The notes under the pieces: model-generated
Seen by the model: only the letters and a program-made list of their open reading frames with translations
What the model was told of the DNA's origin: nothing
Database searches by the model: none
Part shown: positions 19,364 through 34,100 of the stretch, one piece after another
How positions within the stretch are numbered: position 1 is the stretch's first letter
Layout of the letters: the number at the start of each line of letters is the position of its first letter
Source of the DNA: an uncultured virus (IMG/VR IMGVR_UViG_3300021431_000088)
Lineage: Duplodnaviria; Heunggongvirae; Uroviricota; Caudoviricetes
Strand: one strand, 5' to 3'
DNA: 55,769 nt
IMG/VR virus record: IMGVR_UViG_3300021431_000088
Made by a program: the position numbers and the translations under genes

Positions 19364-20120
19364 TAATGAAGTTTTAAAGTTTTTAAGAGGCGGACCTGTA
19401 TTTATAGATGATATATGCGCAGTTTATTCTTTAACTCTAGGAGAAATTATTGATGAAGGATACGATAATTTTTAGTAGTATTTGAGTGTATTAACTACTA
19501 CCAAACCTATAGATGTAAAGAATAATAAGGAAATGGAAGATATTCTAGAGCAAATTACTGACTTCCAATACTTATTATTAATTGCATCTATTGATCCTCA
19601 AGTTAACTCTATTCTTGAAAAAGCTTTTTAGTTTTTAACTCATTCTTCTGCGAGATTGAGTTTAGAGCCGCCTAGTTTGATTCTAACGCGTGAAGGCGAA
19701 GAACACGTATTAGATGAAGAACATTTCTATGACTTACAGCACCTAGTTCGTAGGATGTATTTTTTAGAATAGGATGGCGATGAGATTATTATTTCAAAAG
19801 ATGATGATCCCATAACTAGACGAATAAAAATGAATATGAAAAAGAATAGAGAAAGAGTAAAACGCGCAAAAGCCAAAAAGGCTGCCCAAGAAAAATCTGA
19901 TTTAAAGATGTCAGATTTAATTGGCAGTATGGCTATTAATGATTGCGGCCTAAATATTGTAAATATTTGGGACATGACATATTATGCTTTTCACGATTAG
20001 CTAAAGCGGATGGGCTGGCGAGATTAGTTTAATATAAATTAGAAAGCTGCCCTTGCGGGCGCAAAAATTAACAAATCGTAGTTGAAGCATTGGATGCGAT
20101 CCATTGCGGATGATAAATAA
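19350..20120 (+). CDS. Hypothetical protein, possibly a tail assembly chaperone (256 aa, 8 TAG)
   Basis: Absent from the ORF track but open from ATG 19350 to TAA 20120 when TAG is sense, including a TAG TAG pair. C-terminus NIWDMTYYAFHDQLKRM. Confidence 0.65.
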
Positions 20121-20134
20121 AGGGGGTAACTCTT

Positions 20135-21088
20135 ATGGCAAGTAATGTTAATATCTTTGATAAGTATGGTATTAAAGAGGTAGCTAACGTTTACTTCGAG
20201 GCCCTGGATGATGAACCTAGCGCCGGTGTATACAAGGGCGATATCGTTCTCTTCTTGGACACTCTAAAAGTTTCCACCATTGAGACTACTGGTGAGAATA
20301 CCGCAGCTCAAGGCGGCTGGGGCAATCCTCGTCTAATCCAGTGGGACTATGGTAAGGAAATCAATATTACTCTAGAAGATGCTCTTATGTCTCTAGAATC
20401 TTTACGTTTCATGCTTGGCGGTGCTATTAAGAAGCCAGAAACTGGCAAGCCAGTAGTAATTCGTCATACTGAGGAAGTTGTCTGTGGTGAAGGCGGCGTA
20501 CTTCCACAGCCAGAAGATCATCTTACTAATGAAAAGCTAACACCTGTGGCAAGCGTAGCACATCCTATTCGTTTAATTAATTTGACAACTGGTGCTCGTA
20601 CTCAGCTTACAAGTGGATCTATTGATGGCACCAAAGCTGTGAAGTTTGTAAATCCTGCTCTTATCGGTAAAGAGGGTAATACTCCAATTGAAGTCCCATC
20701 TGCTAAGGGCGATCATATTCGTCTTTTCTGGGAAGTAGAAGTTGAAAATGATGAAGGTAAGGAAACTGCTATTGAAGTAACAATTTCTCCTGATACCTTC
20801 CCTGGCACTTATAAGGTAGTTGGCGACACCTTCATGCGCTCTGAAAAGACTGGCCGCGACGAGCCATTCCAGTTCGTTATTAATAAGGCTAAGGTACAGT
20901 CTAACGTAACTCTAACTCTACAGGCTGAAGGCGATCCAACCACATTTGAAATGACTCTAAACGTCCTTCGTGCTACTAACGATCGTGGCGAAAATGAGAT
21001 GATGAAATTAGTTCGCTATAATATCAGCACTGGTACTAGTGGAACTAAAGATGATGATGAGGGCTCTGTAGCAAATCCTGGTTCCTAA
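20135..21088 (+). CDS. Major tail (tube) protein (317 aa, no TAG)
   Basis: RBS AGGGGGT, beta-rich sequence with AQGGWGNPRLIQWD and LQAEGDPTTFEMTL, followed by a terminator, upstream of the tape measure gene. Confidence 0.8.
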   Translation: MASNVNIFDKYGIKEVANVYFEALDDEPSAGVYKGDIVLFLDTLKVSTIETTGENTAAQGGWGNPRLIQWDYGKEINITLEDALMSLESLRFMLGGAIKKPETGKPVVIRHTEEVVCGEGGVLPQPEDHLTNEKLTPVASVAHPIRLINLTTGARTQLTSGSIDGTKAVKFVNPALIGKEGNTPIEVPSAKGDHIRLFWEVEVENDEGKETAIEVTISPDTFPGTYKVVGDTFMRSEKTGRDEPFQFVINKAKVQSNVTLTLQAEGDPTTFEMTLNVLRATNDRGENEMMKLVRYNISTGTSGTKDDDEGSVANPGS

Positions 21089-21108
21089 TTTTAACTAATA
21101 AACATATA

Positions 21109-21142
21109 AAAGGGCTTCCGTATGGAAGCCCTTTATTTTTTT
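21109..21142 (+). terminator. Intrinsic terminator after the major tail gene
   Basis: AAAGGGCTTCC-gtat-GGAAGCCCTTT-ATTTTTTT. Confidence 0.8.
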
Positions 21143-21162
21143 AATAGGTGGTGAAACTACCT

Positions 21163-22092
21163 ATGTCAGAAGATTACTTAGATGATGAATATTTTGGCCA
21201 TAAAGAATTATATGAAGTAGTTCTTCGCGCAAAAACTCCAATGCAATTTGGTTCAAGATATATAGAAGCTGCTGAACCCGTTTTATACTTTAACAATGTA
21301 AATATGTCTCTCCTTACAGAACAAAATAGGCCCGTTTTCGCGAGAGGCGGTTGGGCAAATATGCCCCGTGTTATATGGGATGAACGCAGCGAAGTACAAT
21401 TTTAGATGGTTGAAGGAGTAATGTCTTCTGTTGGAATGAGTATACTTTTGGGCGCGAATGTATTATCAGAAAATATGCAAGCAGACCCAATATATGTTCC
21501 AATGAAGGAAGATTTCCCGCCAGAACATGTGCATACTAAAACAAAAGAAATTGATGGAGTAGAAAAACAATTTCCAGCAGTTGAATTAAAGTATGCGCCA
21601 GTATTATATCCAGAAAAGAAAGTTTTTATTTTCATTTCTGATAATAATGCTATTTAGCAAAAGCTCTATGGAGAATATTCGCCTGAAGTAGATAAAGCTT
21701 TTTATTTAACTCACCATTAGATACTTTTGGCGCAAGATAAAGAAATTAAAGTCCCGGCAGAAATTAATAATAGGAAAATTACAATCGATTACTACCATAA
21801 ATATGAGGATAAAGCTTTGATATATAGTGTAAAAAAAGAAAGATTCAATGGACTTTTTACACTTGAAGCTAAGTTTTATTCTAAGAGTGAAAATGATGGC
21901 GAAAACTGCACTAATGTGCTGTATATGCCAAAAGTAAGGGTTGTAAGTAATATTAATTTACGACTGGGAGAAAGGGCCGATCCAACAGTTTCTACGTTTA
22001 ATATTATTGGACTACCGGAAACTGTGGGTGAATAGAAGAGCTTAATTATGGAAATCACACGTCTTAGAAAGGACATTGACAGTGATATATAA
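21163..22092 (+). CDS. Second, divergent tail-tube paralog (309 aa, 4 TAG)
   Basis: Fragments 21163, 21406 and 21727 are in frame and end at TAA 22092. ARGGWANMPRVIWD and KVRVVSNINLRLGERADPTVSTFNI align by eye with the preceding gene. Confidence 0.75.
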
Positions 22093-22093
22093 T

Positions 22094-22125
22094 AGCCACT
22101 TTCTTCGGAAAGTGGCTCTTTTTTT
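22094..22125 (+). terminator. Intrinsic terminator before the tape measure gene
   Basis: AGCCACTTTC-ttcg-GAAAGTGGCT-CTTTTTTT. Confidence 0.8.
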
Positions 22126-22153
22126 ATTTTTGTGATAAAAGGAGATGAATGGT

Positions 22154-25100
22154 ATGGGTATGGCAAGTCAAGGAATATAGCTGCCAATTTCTCTATAGTT
22201 ATCTAATTTATAGGACATTGTTAAATAGTTAAAACAGTTTGCGTCAAGTAATGTTTTAGCTGATTCTTTCGGAGGGAAGAAGCTAGATAAAGAATTAAAT
22301 TAGATTTCTGATAAGTTAGAGAGAATTAGCGCGAAATCAAAAACTGCTTTTACTACTCAATCAGATTTTGCTTCGATTCAAAGGGAAATAGACGCAGTAG
22401 AGGTTAGCTTAAATAAAGCGCAAGGGACTATTTAGAATCTAAGCTTTGGAGATTTAAAAATCCCTGCTGATGTTATGGGTAATATTGATGCGTTATAGGA
22501 ACGTATTCGCGCATTAAATAACAGTTTAATTTCATTTAAAGGAACGCAGAAAGAAAAGCTAGTTAATAATTAGGATTTTTTAGCCAACCTCAATGTTGCT
22601 GCTCCTGAAAAAGCAGCAGATATGCTATCAAAAGGCTATGATGAATTATATACTGCTATTTAGACAGGCATGAGTAAAGTTAATCAAAGGTTAGCTTTAG
22701 CAACTGCAGAATATAATAAGCAATAGGAATTATTAACATAGAATAAAGGTAGCGAAAAGTTTGTCACTCAATGGGGCGCTATTGATTACATGTCTGCTGC
22801 CTTTAAGACACTTGGTAAAAATGGTCAATAGAATGATGTTTAGAAATCCTTATAGGGAATGCTAAATTTTGATCAAAATGGTGTATTTTCTGGTTTTACA
22901 AATGGCGGTGCGCCTGGATTTAAGAAATTTTTCTCAACCCTAAAAGATGCTTTTTCATTTAGCGATGAAGATATTGCAGATATTAGGGCACGTTTAAAGG
23001 AATAGGCTGAAAAGTTAAAGGTTACTCAAACTGAAGTTTTTAAATAGTTAGGGGATAATCCAGAACTAGCAAAGAATATTCTATTCGGTGATAAAGCTGG
23101 ATTTGTAGAAGCCTAGAAGGATTTAATTAATTAGATTACTTCAGCACGCGATGCTGCATAGGCAGCAATGCAAAAATGGTCTACTCGTCGAGATGCTTTT
23201 GCAAATGTTAATCAAGCTTTTGATTTACCCCAAAAAGAAATTAAAGCCAAAGCTCAAGAGATTGCTGAGGCTTTAAAGATACCACAAGAAGCTTTAAAAG
23301 GCTGGGAAGCTGCAGTTGTTTCTGCGGTAGCTAAATCCCCACAGCTTGCGGCATTATTTGGAGAGGCTTCAGCGCAAGTTGGCAGAATGACCTAGACAGT
23401 CGAATAGGGTAAATAGAGATTATAGCAAATTGATACCACTATTGGAAAAATGTAGGGTATTTCTAATTTTATTAATAGATATGTTGGCATTTATGCTATT
23501 ATGCGTAAAGTCACTACTATGATTAGAAATGCCTTTAATAACATAAAAGAGCTTGATGCGGTAATTACTAAAATTGCTGTCGTTACAAATATGTCTCAAG
23601 AAGATCTCTGGGGCAAGATTGGTGAATATACCGCAATGGCACAGCAATATGGTGTTGCTACAAAAGATGTATATACAGTATCTCAAATCTTCTATCAGCA
23701 AGGTTTATAGACAGCACAAGTTATGTCTTTAACTACTGAAACCTTGAAGATGGCTAAGATTGCTGGTCTGGATTATGCTGCGGCCGCAAATGCTATGACA
23801 GTTGCTATTCGCGCTTTCAATATAGATATGTCTGAGGCATAGTAGGTTACTGATACATATAGCGCGCTTGCAGCTAAGTTTGCTGTAGACTCTGGTGAAA
23901 TTGCCAATGCTATGGAAAAGACAGCATCCTCTGCTGCGAACGTTGGTATGTCATTACAATCTACGTCTGCTTTCATGAGTGTTATGATTCAGACTACTCG
24001 TGAATCTGCATAGAATATCGGTTCTGCTTTAAAGTCTATTATTTCACGTTATGGTGAAATGAAGGCTTCTCCAAAAGAGTTATTAAATGTCGATGGAGAA
24101 GAAGTTTCATTTAACAAAGTAGATACAGCATTAAAGTCAGTTGGTATTTCTATTAAAGATGCTAGTGGGTAGTTCCGTGACTTTGATGATGTAATTCTGG
24201 AATTAGCAAAGAAATGGGATACATTAGATAATAATACATAGAGATACATTGCTACTGTTATGGCTGGTAACAGACAGCAATCTCGTTTTATTGCTCTTGT
24301 ATCTAACTATGATGAATTAAGCCGTGCTATTGATGTTGCTAATAATTCATAGAATACTAGTATTGTATAGACTGCTAAAACTATGGATTCATTAGAAAGC
24401 AAAGCAAATCAGCTAAAGAACGCTTTTTCTTAGATTTACCTTGATTTACATATTGAAGATGGATTAAAAGATCTGTATGATTGGCTTACAAGAATATTAA
24501 AAACTATTGGAAAATTAGGAATGCTTAATGGTGCGTTACCAACATTAGCTAATATTATTGGCGTTGGTAGCGGCGCTCGGTAGTCGATTGATACTTATAA
24601 GAAACATCTTGAAAGTGATAGAGAAGGTATAAGGGAAAAATTAGAACTAGATACAAAAGCTGCTGATCAAGAAAGAGCTGACTTTGAAGCACGATTAAAA
24701 GAAGAAGTTAAAAAAGTATTAGATTTAGATACTACTAAGGCAGAACAAAAGGCTGATGAATTAAAAACTAAAATAGATTAGATTGCTGAGACAGCTTAGA
24801 CTATGACTAATCCTAATACAATTCCTGATAGTCCAACTAATAATTTTAATAATTTAGTATATGGAGCATATAAGGCTAATACTCTAGGTAGCAAGGCTGG
24901 GCGAGCTGAATTACTTTCCTAGTTAGGCGTAAAAAGCGGAACAGACCAGTTTAATTAGATGGATAGCATTTTAGCTAATATGTAGGGTTTAACTGGTACT
25001 GAATTGACTGGAGCCTTAACTGCTTTAGAACAAGCTTTTAATGGTACAACATCTACAGTTGAAACTCTCTCTACTGAAGTACAAAATGCTAGCACAAATG

Positions 25101-28100
25101 TTGCTAATGCGGGATTGGCCACTAATGAAGTTACAAATACAACTACGATAGCTAGTGCAGTAGTTTAGACTGGATCTTAGTAGATTAATTAGGGTTTAGT
25201 TGAAGCTGGTACGGCAGCAGTATAGACAGGATAGAGTCTTAATGATAATAGTATTGCTGCAAATTAGTCAAAGCAATCATTAGAGGGTCTGGGAACGGCC
25301 GCGAGTGATGATGAAGAGTCATTATCACAATTAACGCCTGCCATTTAGGCTTCTACAGCAGAACTTCAAAGATTACCTGCAGAAGTAGCTACCAATACTA
25401 CTGCTATTGAGAATAATAATATGGCTCTTAGTACTATGAGTTTGGCAGCGCAATCAGCAGCAATGGCAGCTCTTTATTTGAATATGGCTCTTCAATTAAG
25501 TACTGGTCAAATTACAATGGCAGTCTTAAAAGGTATGGGGAGCTTAGATAAGCTTGAAGAAGGCAGTAATAATGCTAGTTTAATACTTGTAAATAATGGC
25601 GAACTTTTAAATAAGATAACTGCTACAGTAGCTAATCAATTATCCCAGATGAATGATGCGGCAAAAGAGGCTACTGATGGATTATCAAATATACCGGGGC
25701 CTAACAATAATCCAACACCTGGGCTTCCTGGTCAGACTAATGAGAATCCTAAACCTGCAGAGAATCCTAAGCTTAAAGAAGACCCTGATAATCCTCCTCC
25801 TACTAAAAAGGATACTGGTCTAAGTTGGAGTAATTGGGGGACTGGGAAAGCTCGTACTATAGCGGGAATTGGAACAACTGCGGCTCGTATGCTCGGTATG
25901 ACTATTATGGCAGCTGGAGCCGCTAAAGAGGATAAAGCTAACGATAAAGTCGAAGGATCTAAGATATTCACAGGTATTGGTAATGGTTTATCTTCTGCGG
26001 GTACTGGTGCTTCAATGCTTATGGGATTAGGCCCTTGGGGCGCAGCAGTTGGCGCGATTGGAGGTTTCTTAATAGGCGGTCTTGGAGCTATTATCGATGG
26101 TGCTAATTATACAATTGCAGAACGAATTGAAAATGCGAAGAGAGAAGCTTAGAAGGCTAGCGATGAAAGTTTGAAAGCCCAAGCAAAAGTTACTGATATG
26201 AGCAGTCAAATTGAAAACTTGAAAGCGTTACAAAAAGCTATGTATAATTCCGATGAAGATATGCAGAATTATATAGAAGCAATGAATAATATGGCTTCTG
26301 CTTATCCTGAATTAATTAGTGGGTATGATAATGCTGGTAATGCCATTATTGATTTAAATCATGCTGAAGAAGTTCTTGCAAGTACTCGTCTGGAGGGAGC
26401 AAAAGCAGCATAGGCAGCAGCAATAGCCGCAGCAGATGTAGCGAATAAACAAGTTGAGGCATATGGTAAACTTAATGATAATGAATTAGAGTATGGGTCT
26501 CCACAAGTTAGTGATATTGAATTAACTAGAAAATATATGGAAATAGCTATGGACACTCCAGAAGGAATTGGAAAACTAAGAGGAAAACTCTAGCAAGTAG
26601 GAGGAGAAGAAGATAGCCCGTACGCAAGACTTAATAGTACGAACCTTACAAAAATGTTAGGTGAAGCTCAAGAGTATGGCTATATGCCGAATTCTTCAAA
26701 GTACGTAACCAGTACGGTACTCAGAGAACTTGGACCATTACAATGGTATGAGGATAACTATAAAGCATTAAATCTCCCCGATGTATATCAAGTTACAAAT
26801 CATAAGAAAGATAGTAATTAGTGGTCATTTGATGAAGTTGAAATTTTGTTAAGTTATATTGAAGCTCAATAGAAAAAATCAATTAAAACTTAGGAAAATG
26901 TTAATAAATTAGTTGATGCTAGTGTTGGATTAACATCATTCTTAAACTTTTTACCATCAGCTAAATTAGACTAGTAGAATACTGAACTTTTATCTACGAA
27001 TAAAAATTTCTAGGGTATTTTTACTAGTATGCTTGAAGCAGCGAAACCAAAAGATTTTGCTAATTTATCTGAATGGGCAGAAAGTGAAGGTAGCACTTAT
27101 AATAGTGTTGCTTCTTCATATTTTACAAATTTTAAGGAATGGTATAAGTCATTAGAGCCTTAGTTACGAGAAGAATTTGCAAATTTAGATTATACAGAAT
27201 TTAAGAGTGCAACTGATATAACTTCACATTTTGGTCTTGATGAGATAGAAGATTCACAATTATATGACAGTATAGTACACAACTTTATTGAACAAAACCA
27301 ATCTAATCGTGATCGTATTTTGCGTATGGTTTGGGGCGCCGATGAAGATGGAAATGTTAATATTAGTTTTGATAAATCAAATTTAGAAAAAAACTTTACA
27401 GGCATTAGTAAACTTGGATATATAGGAGAAAAAGCTTTTACGCAAATTGGTAAAGCATTTGATGATAAAGGCGACGATGTAATTTCAAAATATGCTGATT
27501 TCTTTGCTACAAATATTTCAGATATTAATGAATTAGCTAACAACGGATATACTCAATTAGCTTCTACAAGATTAACTTTATTGAATTATTTATCTAATAC
27601 TTTAGCACAATTAGATTCTAGTTAGCAAGAAGACTTATTTGGTATTATTACAAATATAGATTTTAGTAATTTTGATTCGCTCCGTACAGCTAGAGAATCA
27701 TTAGAAACTTATGCTGAAAAGAATAATATAGATCTTAATGATAAGACTAATAATGTAGCTAAAATTTATCGTAGTTTAACTAGAGCCGAAAATAATTTAG
27801 TTTTTAATGTTACTACTCTTTCAGAGACTCTTACCACAGATATTACAAGCGCAGCAAAAAATATTGATAGTATTTTAACTGCTAATAAGTCTGGTTTGAG
27901 TTTAGATAAAGCATTAGATGCTATGAAGTCTATTAATGCTAAACTAGGTAAAGCATTCACATTTGATCAATTATTCACTTATGATGCGGCTCTCGGAAAG
28001 TATGTATATACGGCAGAAGGATTAAAGGCACGATTAGATGCGGAAGAAAAACATTTAAGATAGGATGCAGAACAATTAGAGAATGCGGCTCATTTAAGTG

Positions 28101-31100
28101 ATCAAGCAATATCATATGCTATACCTATTGATGAAGAAACTGGAGAAATCTTAATGTCTCCAACTCGTACTTATACTAAGGATACAAAAAATGAATTGCT
28201 TCGAGATACAGGCGTTTCGAAAGATACTGATACTTAGCTGGCTACTTATTATGATATGATGGCGGAAAATTTCTTAGCTACTAAAGATAGCTAGCATACC
28301 TGGCATGATTGGATTAAATATCTTCAAGAACAGGCTACCAAGGATAATGAAGAATCAGAAGCAGCTAAATAGATTCTCGAAGCATATGAAGGTAATAAAA
28401 AGAATCAATTATTCGGAGCAATAGATTGGAATAAACTTATTACCAATACAGACTTCTCTGGTACTAATCAAGTATTAATGGAAGCTTTAGCTGATAGTCT
28501 TTATAAAGACGATAATGGAAATATTAAAGACGCATTTAAAGAGCGTTATAAGGATGGCAAACTTACTGCAGATTGGTAGCAAGTCTATAATGATTACTTA
28601 GATGCAACCTATGGCTCTATGGATGAAATCCGTAAAATTACAGATAAGGATTTATAGAAGCAAAAATTAAATGCTCGTAAGGCCGCAGAAGCTACATTAA
28701 TGGGACAACGGAAAAAGTCCTTAAGTAGTCAAGTCTCAACAGCAATCACTGAAATACTCGCAGGCGCAGGTTCAGTATTAAGCGAGACTACTACTGCATT
28801 AATGCTAGGCGACGATAAATTAAAAGGTTTGGTTCCAAAGAGTGGCATTTTAGGTGCGAAAGATAGCGTCTTGGACGCGGCTGATGAATATTTAACTACT
28901 GCTATTCAATTATATGAAGCTCATAAAACAAGTTTACTATCTGTTGCTGAACGCAATAAAGCCTATAGTGAAATCCTGACTTAGAAATATTCTCAAAACA
29001 ATACTGTTATTACTTCATTGAGTTCTGGCGCATCACTTGATATTGCTAGTCTTACTAGTCTATTTGATTCTGTTAATTTAGAGTTAAGCAACTTTTTTGA
29101 CGCCGCAACCGGAACTTGGATGAATGGCTTTAAAGATGTATTATCTACTGACTAGTTTGGAAAAACTCGTATTACTAATTGGGATCAGTTTATTTCAAGG
29201 CTGTCTGGTAATGGTGTAGATATGGCCGCGCTTAGTGGTACATTTGAGTTCTAGAATGCTTATTCTTCCTATGTTGACGGTCTTGTTACTTTAGATAATT
29301 AGACTTAGGAATTAATCAAAAAATCATATGATAATGCTTTTAGTGATATTACTGGTTTTAAATCGTTTAATGTATCACAATTAAGTGATAGTGTAACTAA
29401 TTATTTAGCAGGTGGCATTAATGGCGATAATGAAGCAGCAACTATTGAAAATGGCGTTTTAAAGATTAATGATGCAGTTTAGTATGCTAAAAATGCAAGT
29501 GATCTTTTTGCTTATATGTCAACATTGCCAGAATCTGAATTATATAATCTTACTGGTTTAACAAAATCTGATTTAGCAAAGAATTGGAAAAATGTCACAG
29601 AAGTAATTACTTAGGTAGGAGATACATGGATTGGATTAAGCGAGAATATTACTGGATTAACTACAGATAATATTTCTACATTAATTGAAAAAGGTGATTT
29701 TAGCTTACCAGAATTAGCTGATTTTACTAAAATTGGCGATGTTTATGTAACAACTTTAAGCAATTATAGAGCACATTTAGTAAAAGCGATAAGTGGCGGG
29801 ACCGATAAACTTACTCCTGCTCAAAAAGAATAGGTAAATGAAGCTTATAATAAAGCTGGATAGGCTATTGTTACTAAGGTTAGTGGCTTAGATTGGACTA
29901 AGATGCTAAATGGCACTGCTACTGATGCAGATGCAGATACTTTTATGAATGGTTTAGCCACCTCTATGGCTTCTTTAGGAGTTGATATTTCAAAATATTA
30001 TTCTGGTAAGAAGTTAGATGTATCTTAGATAATCACTGTTTTAAAAGATTTACACTCTGATGTAGCTGATCAAATAGTCGAAAGTCTTACAAATATGATC
30101 TAGGGAGCTCGCGATACAGTTCTATCTGCTATTGGTACTGCTGGGCAATATACCATGGAAGGTACTACTAGTTTAGCAGATATGTAGAAGTTTATTGATG
30201 AGTATAATAGAATTAAACCTAAAGATGCAGACGCGATAGACATGAGTTCCTTTAGCTATGATACTAATCTATAGAAGTTTACGTTAGATGGTTCAGTATT
30301 ATAGCGTTATATTGAGGCATAGAGAAAATAGTTAAAACAACTAGGATTGAACGATGCGGCTATTGATGCTTATATTAGAGATCAAACTTCTAGAATGCTT
30401 CAATCTAATATGGATATTACTAGCATATTAGATGGAATGAGCACTCCAGAATAGTAGCAGTCTATGCAGAATTTTGCTAGTGTTGTAGATAATTATTTAA
30501 AGATTACTTATTCTTATTCAGATGAAGTTAGAAAAGCCGTTACTAAAGGTATTATTTCAACTATTTATAATGGCGGCGAAGAAGCTGTTAAAGTATTAAA
30601 GCAATTAAAAGGTAAAGAAGTTACTTCTGAAGAAATTGCAGCAGTTTATAATGCTGGAATAAACCGTTTAAATGCTGCGGAAGAAGCATTAGCTTCTGGG
30701 GCAGGAACTGTTCTGACAGGTGTTGCGGCAGAAATAGCACGAGTTAGTGATGGTATTGAAGTTGTTAATTTACCAGATGGCAGTGCGGTAATTACTTCAG
30801 TTACCAGTATGGTAGATGTTTATGCGAATATTTATAAACGTATGCAAAATACTGCTGGCACGACAACTTCTTCATTGAATGCTGCTTATGCTAAATTATT
30901 AACTGCCGCAGATTAGAAGAATATTGATGCCCTTGAAACATTATAGAATGCTTCTAGTATGACATATGAAGCTTTTGGTGAATTACTTGCTTCTTATGAT
31001 ATTAAATTAGAAGATGTGCTCAATGGCATTGGAAAGGACGGCAAGCCAGCAAATTGGGGTGTAGAATAGGATTTCCTTGGTAATATTCGAATTACTGATT

Positions 31101-34100
31101 TTGATGCTTTTGCTAAACAAATGAAGTGGGATATTAATAGTCCTGAATATGCCGAAGCTTATAGTCAATGGGTTGACTCTATGGCTGAATTATAGAATAG
31201 GCCAATTAGTATGATGGAATCGGCGGCAGAAGAGCTCAAAGGATTAACTGAAGCTAAAGCTGGCTCTGTAGTTAATGTTAGTTATCTTGAAAAATTATTG
31301 CCTGAATCTTTTGGAAATATTGTTGAATCTTATGGATTAGAATTAAATAATGGTTTATTAAAAATTACTGAAACTACTAATTTGCCTCAATTAATTACTG
31401 CTATTGCCAATGAAGCCGCACGAACTGGCAACATGCTACCAGAACAGTTGGCTGAAGTTGCGGATGCAGTTGCAGGTATGCTTGACAACATAATTAATCT
31501 TATTAAGAATGGTATTACCGGTAGCCTGAGTAATACTGACGCAAACACATTATAGCAATGGGCAGATCAATTTAATATTGACTTGGATTTCACAAAGACC
31601 GCAGAAGGATTAAAATTATCTTAGGAATCGGCTATTAAATTATACAATGCTCTTGAATAGACAGATAGTATAAAATCTAAATTAGTTTTTGATGAATTAA
31701 ATGATAGTTTAAGAGAAACTAATGAACATTATTAGAGCGTTAGTGATATAGCCGCTCGTATTGCTTGGATTGAAGATGAAGCCCATCCTGAACGGGCACA
31801 TTAGTATGCGGAAGAATTAAAATTAGCTAAGGAAATCCTTGCAGTTCGCTCTACTACTGAAGATGATTCTTTCAATTTCATGTCTGGTAAGATTCCAGGA
31901 GCACAAAATAATCCGATCAATTATTTCAACAATTGGGCGCAAGCATTACATACTTTACAAGAAGCTAAAAAATCTTATTCTAAAGACAGCAAAGGTAAAA
32001 TTCATAAAGGATTAATTGATTATCAAGATTGGTATAATATTGTTAATGAAATGAATAATCTTGCCGCACTTGGTGATGATATAGAGGTAGCTGGTGTTAA
32101 ATTAGATGGATCTATGGAAGCTGCTGCGGCACTTATTGAAAAAGGCGCTAGTGCATTAACAGTTGATTCTGCTGGTAATGTTAAAGTAGCTCTTGGTGAT
32201 ATTGGCGTTGATTTTAAGGCTGGTACAGACACAATGTCAAAAGGCATTGATAAGGGCATTGATCAAATGGCAGATAGCTAGATTGCAATGTTAGATGCCT
32301 TAATTGCATTACTTGAAGCTATAGTCTCAATGGAAAAGCTTGGCGATCTTGATCTTGATGGTAATGGTATTGATTTAAGTGAATTATTCGCAGTTACCTA
32401 TGATCAAGATGGTTGGAAAAAAACTGATTGGACTAAATTTAATGAAGATTATGAAAAATGGCGCCAGGATATGATAAAGTAGCTTACTTTAAAAGAAGGC
32501 GACAAAGACTTTAATGAAGATTTACAAAAAGCTCTTAAAGGTATTAAGATTGGTGATTTTTCATTAGCAGATATTATCCAATGGGATCCTAAAAAATTAC
32601 GTAATGCAGATAAAGGCGTACAACAAGCCTATACTGCTATTTTAACCGCTTTCTCTAATGCTGCTAAATCAGGAAATTATGATTTAGATAATATTCAATA
32701 GAGTGTATTATAGACATTAAAAGAAAGCGGACTAGAAGGTACTGTTCAATTAGATATAGGTGATATTACTTGGTCTATTAGTGGAAATAGTATAATGTCG
32801 ATTGACTGGTCAACTACCGAAGCAAAAACAGTAATTGATAAGTTAAAAGGTAAATATGGTAATGACATTGACAAGACTAAAGAAGCTATAAGAACCTCTT
32901 TACAGAAAGTTCAAGAAGGCAAAGGAACAGTAGAAGATGTTGAAACAGTACTACAATTGGATGGTAAATTGACTTTAAACTCAGATGGCGGCGGAGGAAA
33001 AGTAACCATAAATGGACAAGAGTATCCATTTACCGAAAGCAATAAAGTAGGATATCTTAACGCCGCTATGGCTGAAAAGCTAGGATTTAAATTACCTAAA
33101 GATTGGAAGACCAAAGCTAATAGCGGTGGCACGTTTACTTTTGAAACTAAAATTGGAGATGTCGATATTGAAGTTGATATGGTAGATGGCTAGCCATAGT
33201 ATAAACGCCCTGGTAGTACTAAAACTTATCCCAGCGAATAGGCTTTAATTGATGCAGAATGGGAAGATTATCTTGATCATGCGACAGGCCCAGTATAGTT
33301 AACAAAAGAAGAATGGGTCTACCGTACTTTTGGTATTCGTGCAACTATTACACCTGAAATTACTTATAAGAATGGAGAAAAAGTTGACTTAAATAATGAT
33401 CCTAATGCCAGAAAAACTTTAAAGGAAATTACTGAAAAAACCGATGATTTCTTTAAGGAAGGCGGCGAAAATCTGCAAGCCACCGGCGATGGTAATTATA
33501 AACTTACCTATAAAGGCTTAACACTAGACCTGGATGGAGATTCAATTACAACTGATGGAAACGTAGACCCCGAAAAAGTTAAGGCTCAAATTATGCAAGC
33601 ATTAGGCTTAGACACCGGTTTAGCAGAAACTATCGGTGTTGCAGTTACTGATGCTTTAACCTCGGCAATAACCAGCCTTAATACAATCGATGATGAAAAC
33701 CTATCTGCTGTTGCAACTGCTCTATCTAGTATTCTAACTAGCTTAACTGGCTTACAAACTATCGACTACGAAACCATCGCAAAAGGACTTGCTTCTTTAA
33801 CCCCATCTTCTGGTGAAGGCGGAGAAGGCGGTTCATCTGGCGGTGGTGAAGGTGGAGAAACTCCTCCCGTTCCAGTAGACAAAATAACTGTTTTGCCTTC
33901 TGCGATTGAGATTGATGCTTCCAGCGCAACAATCGGAATGCCCGTAGGTACAGTATTAGCTATAACTGATCCAGTTGTTGCTACCGGCCTTACAAATAGT
34001 TTAACTCTAGACTTATTAGAAGGAGTCACTCCTGAATTACATAAAACTACTGATGCGGATACGACAAATATTGGTGATATTGGCGCTACATCCGGCCTTA

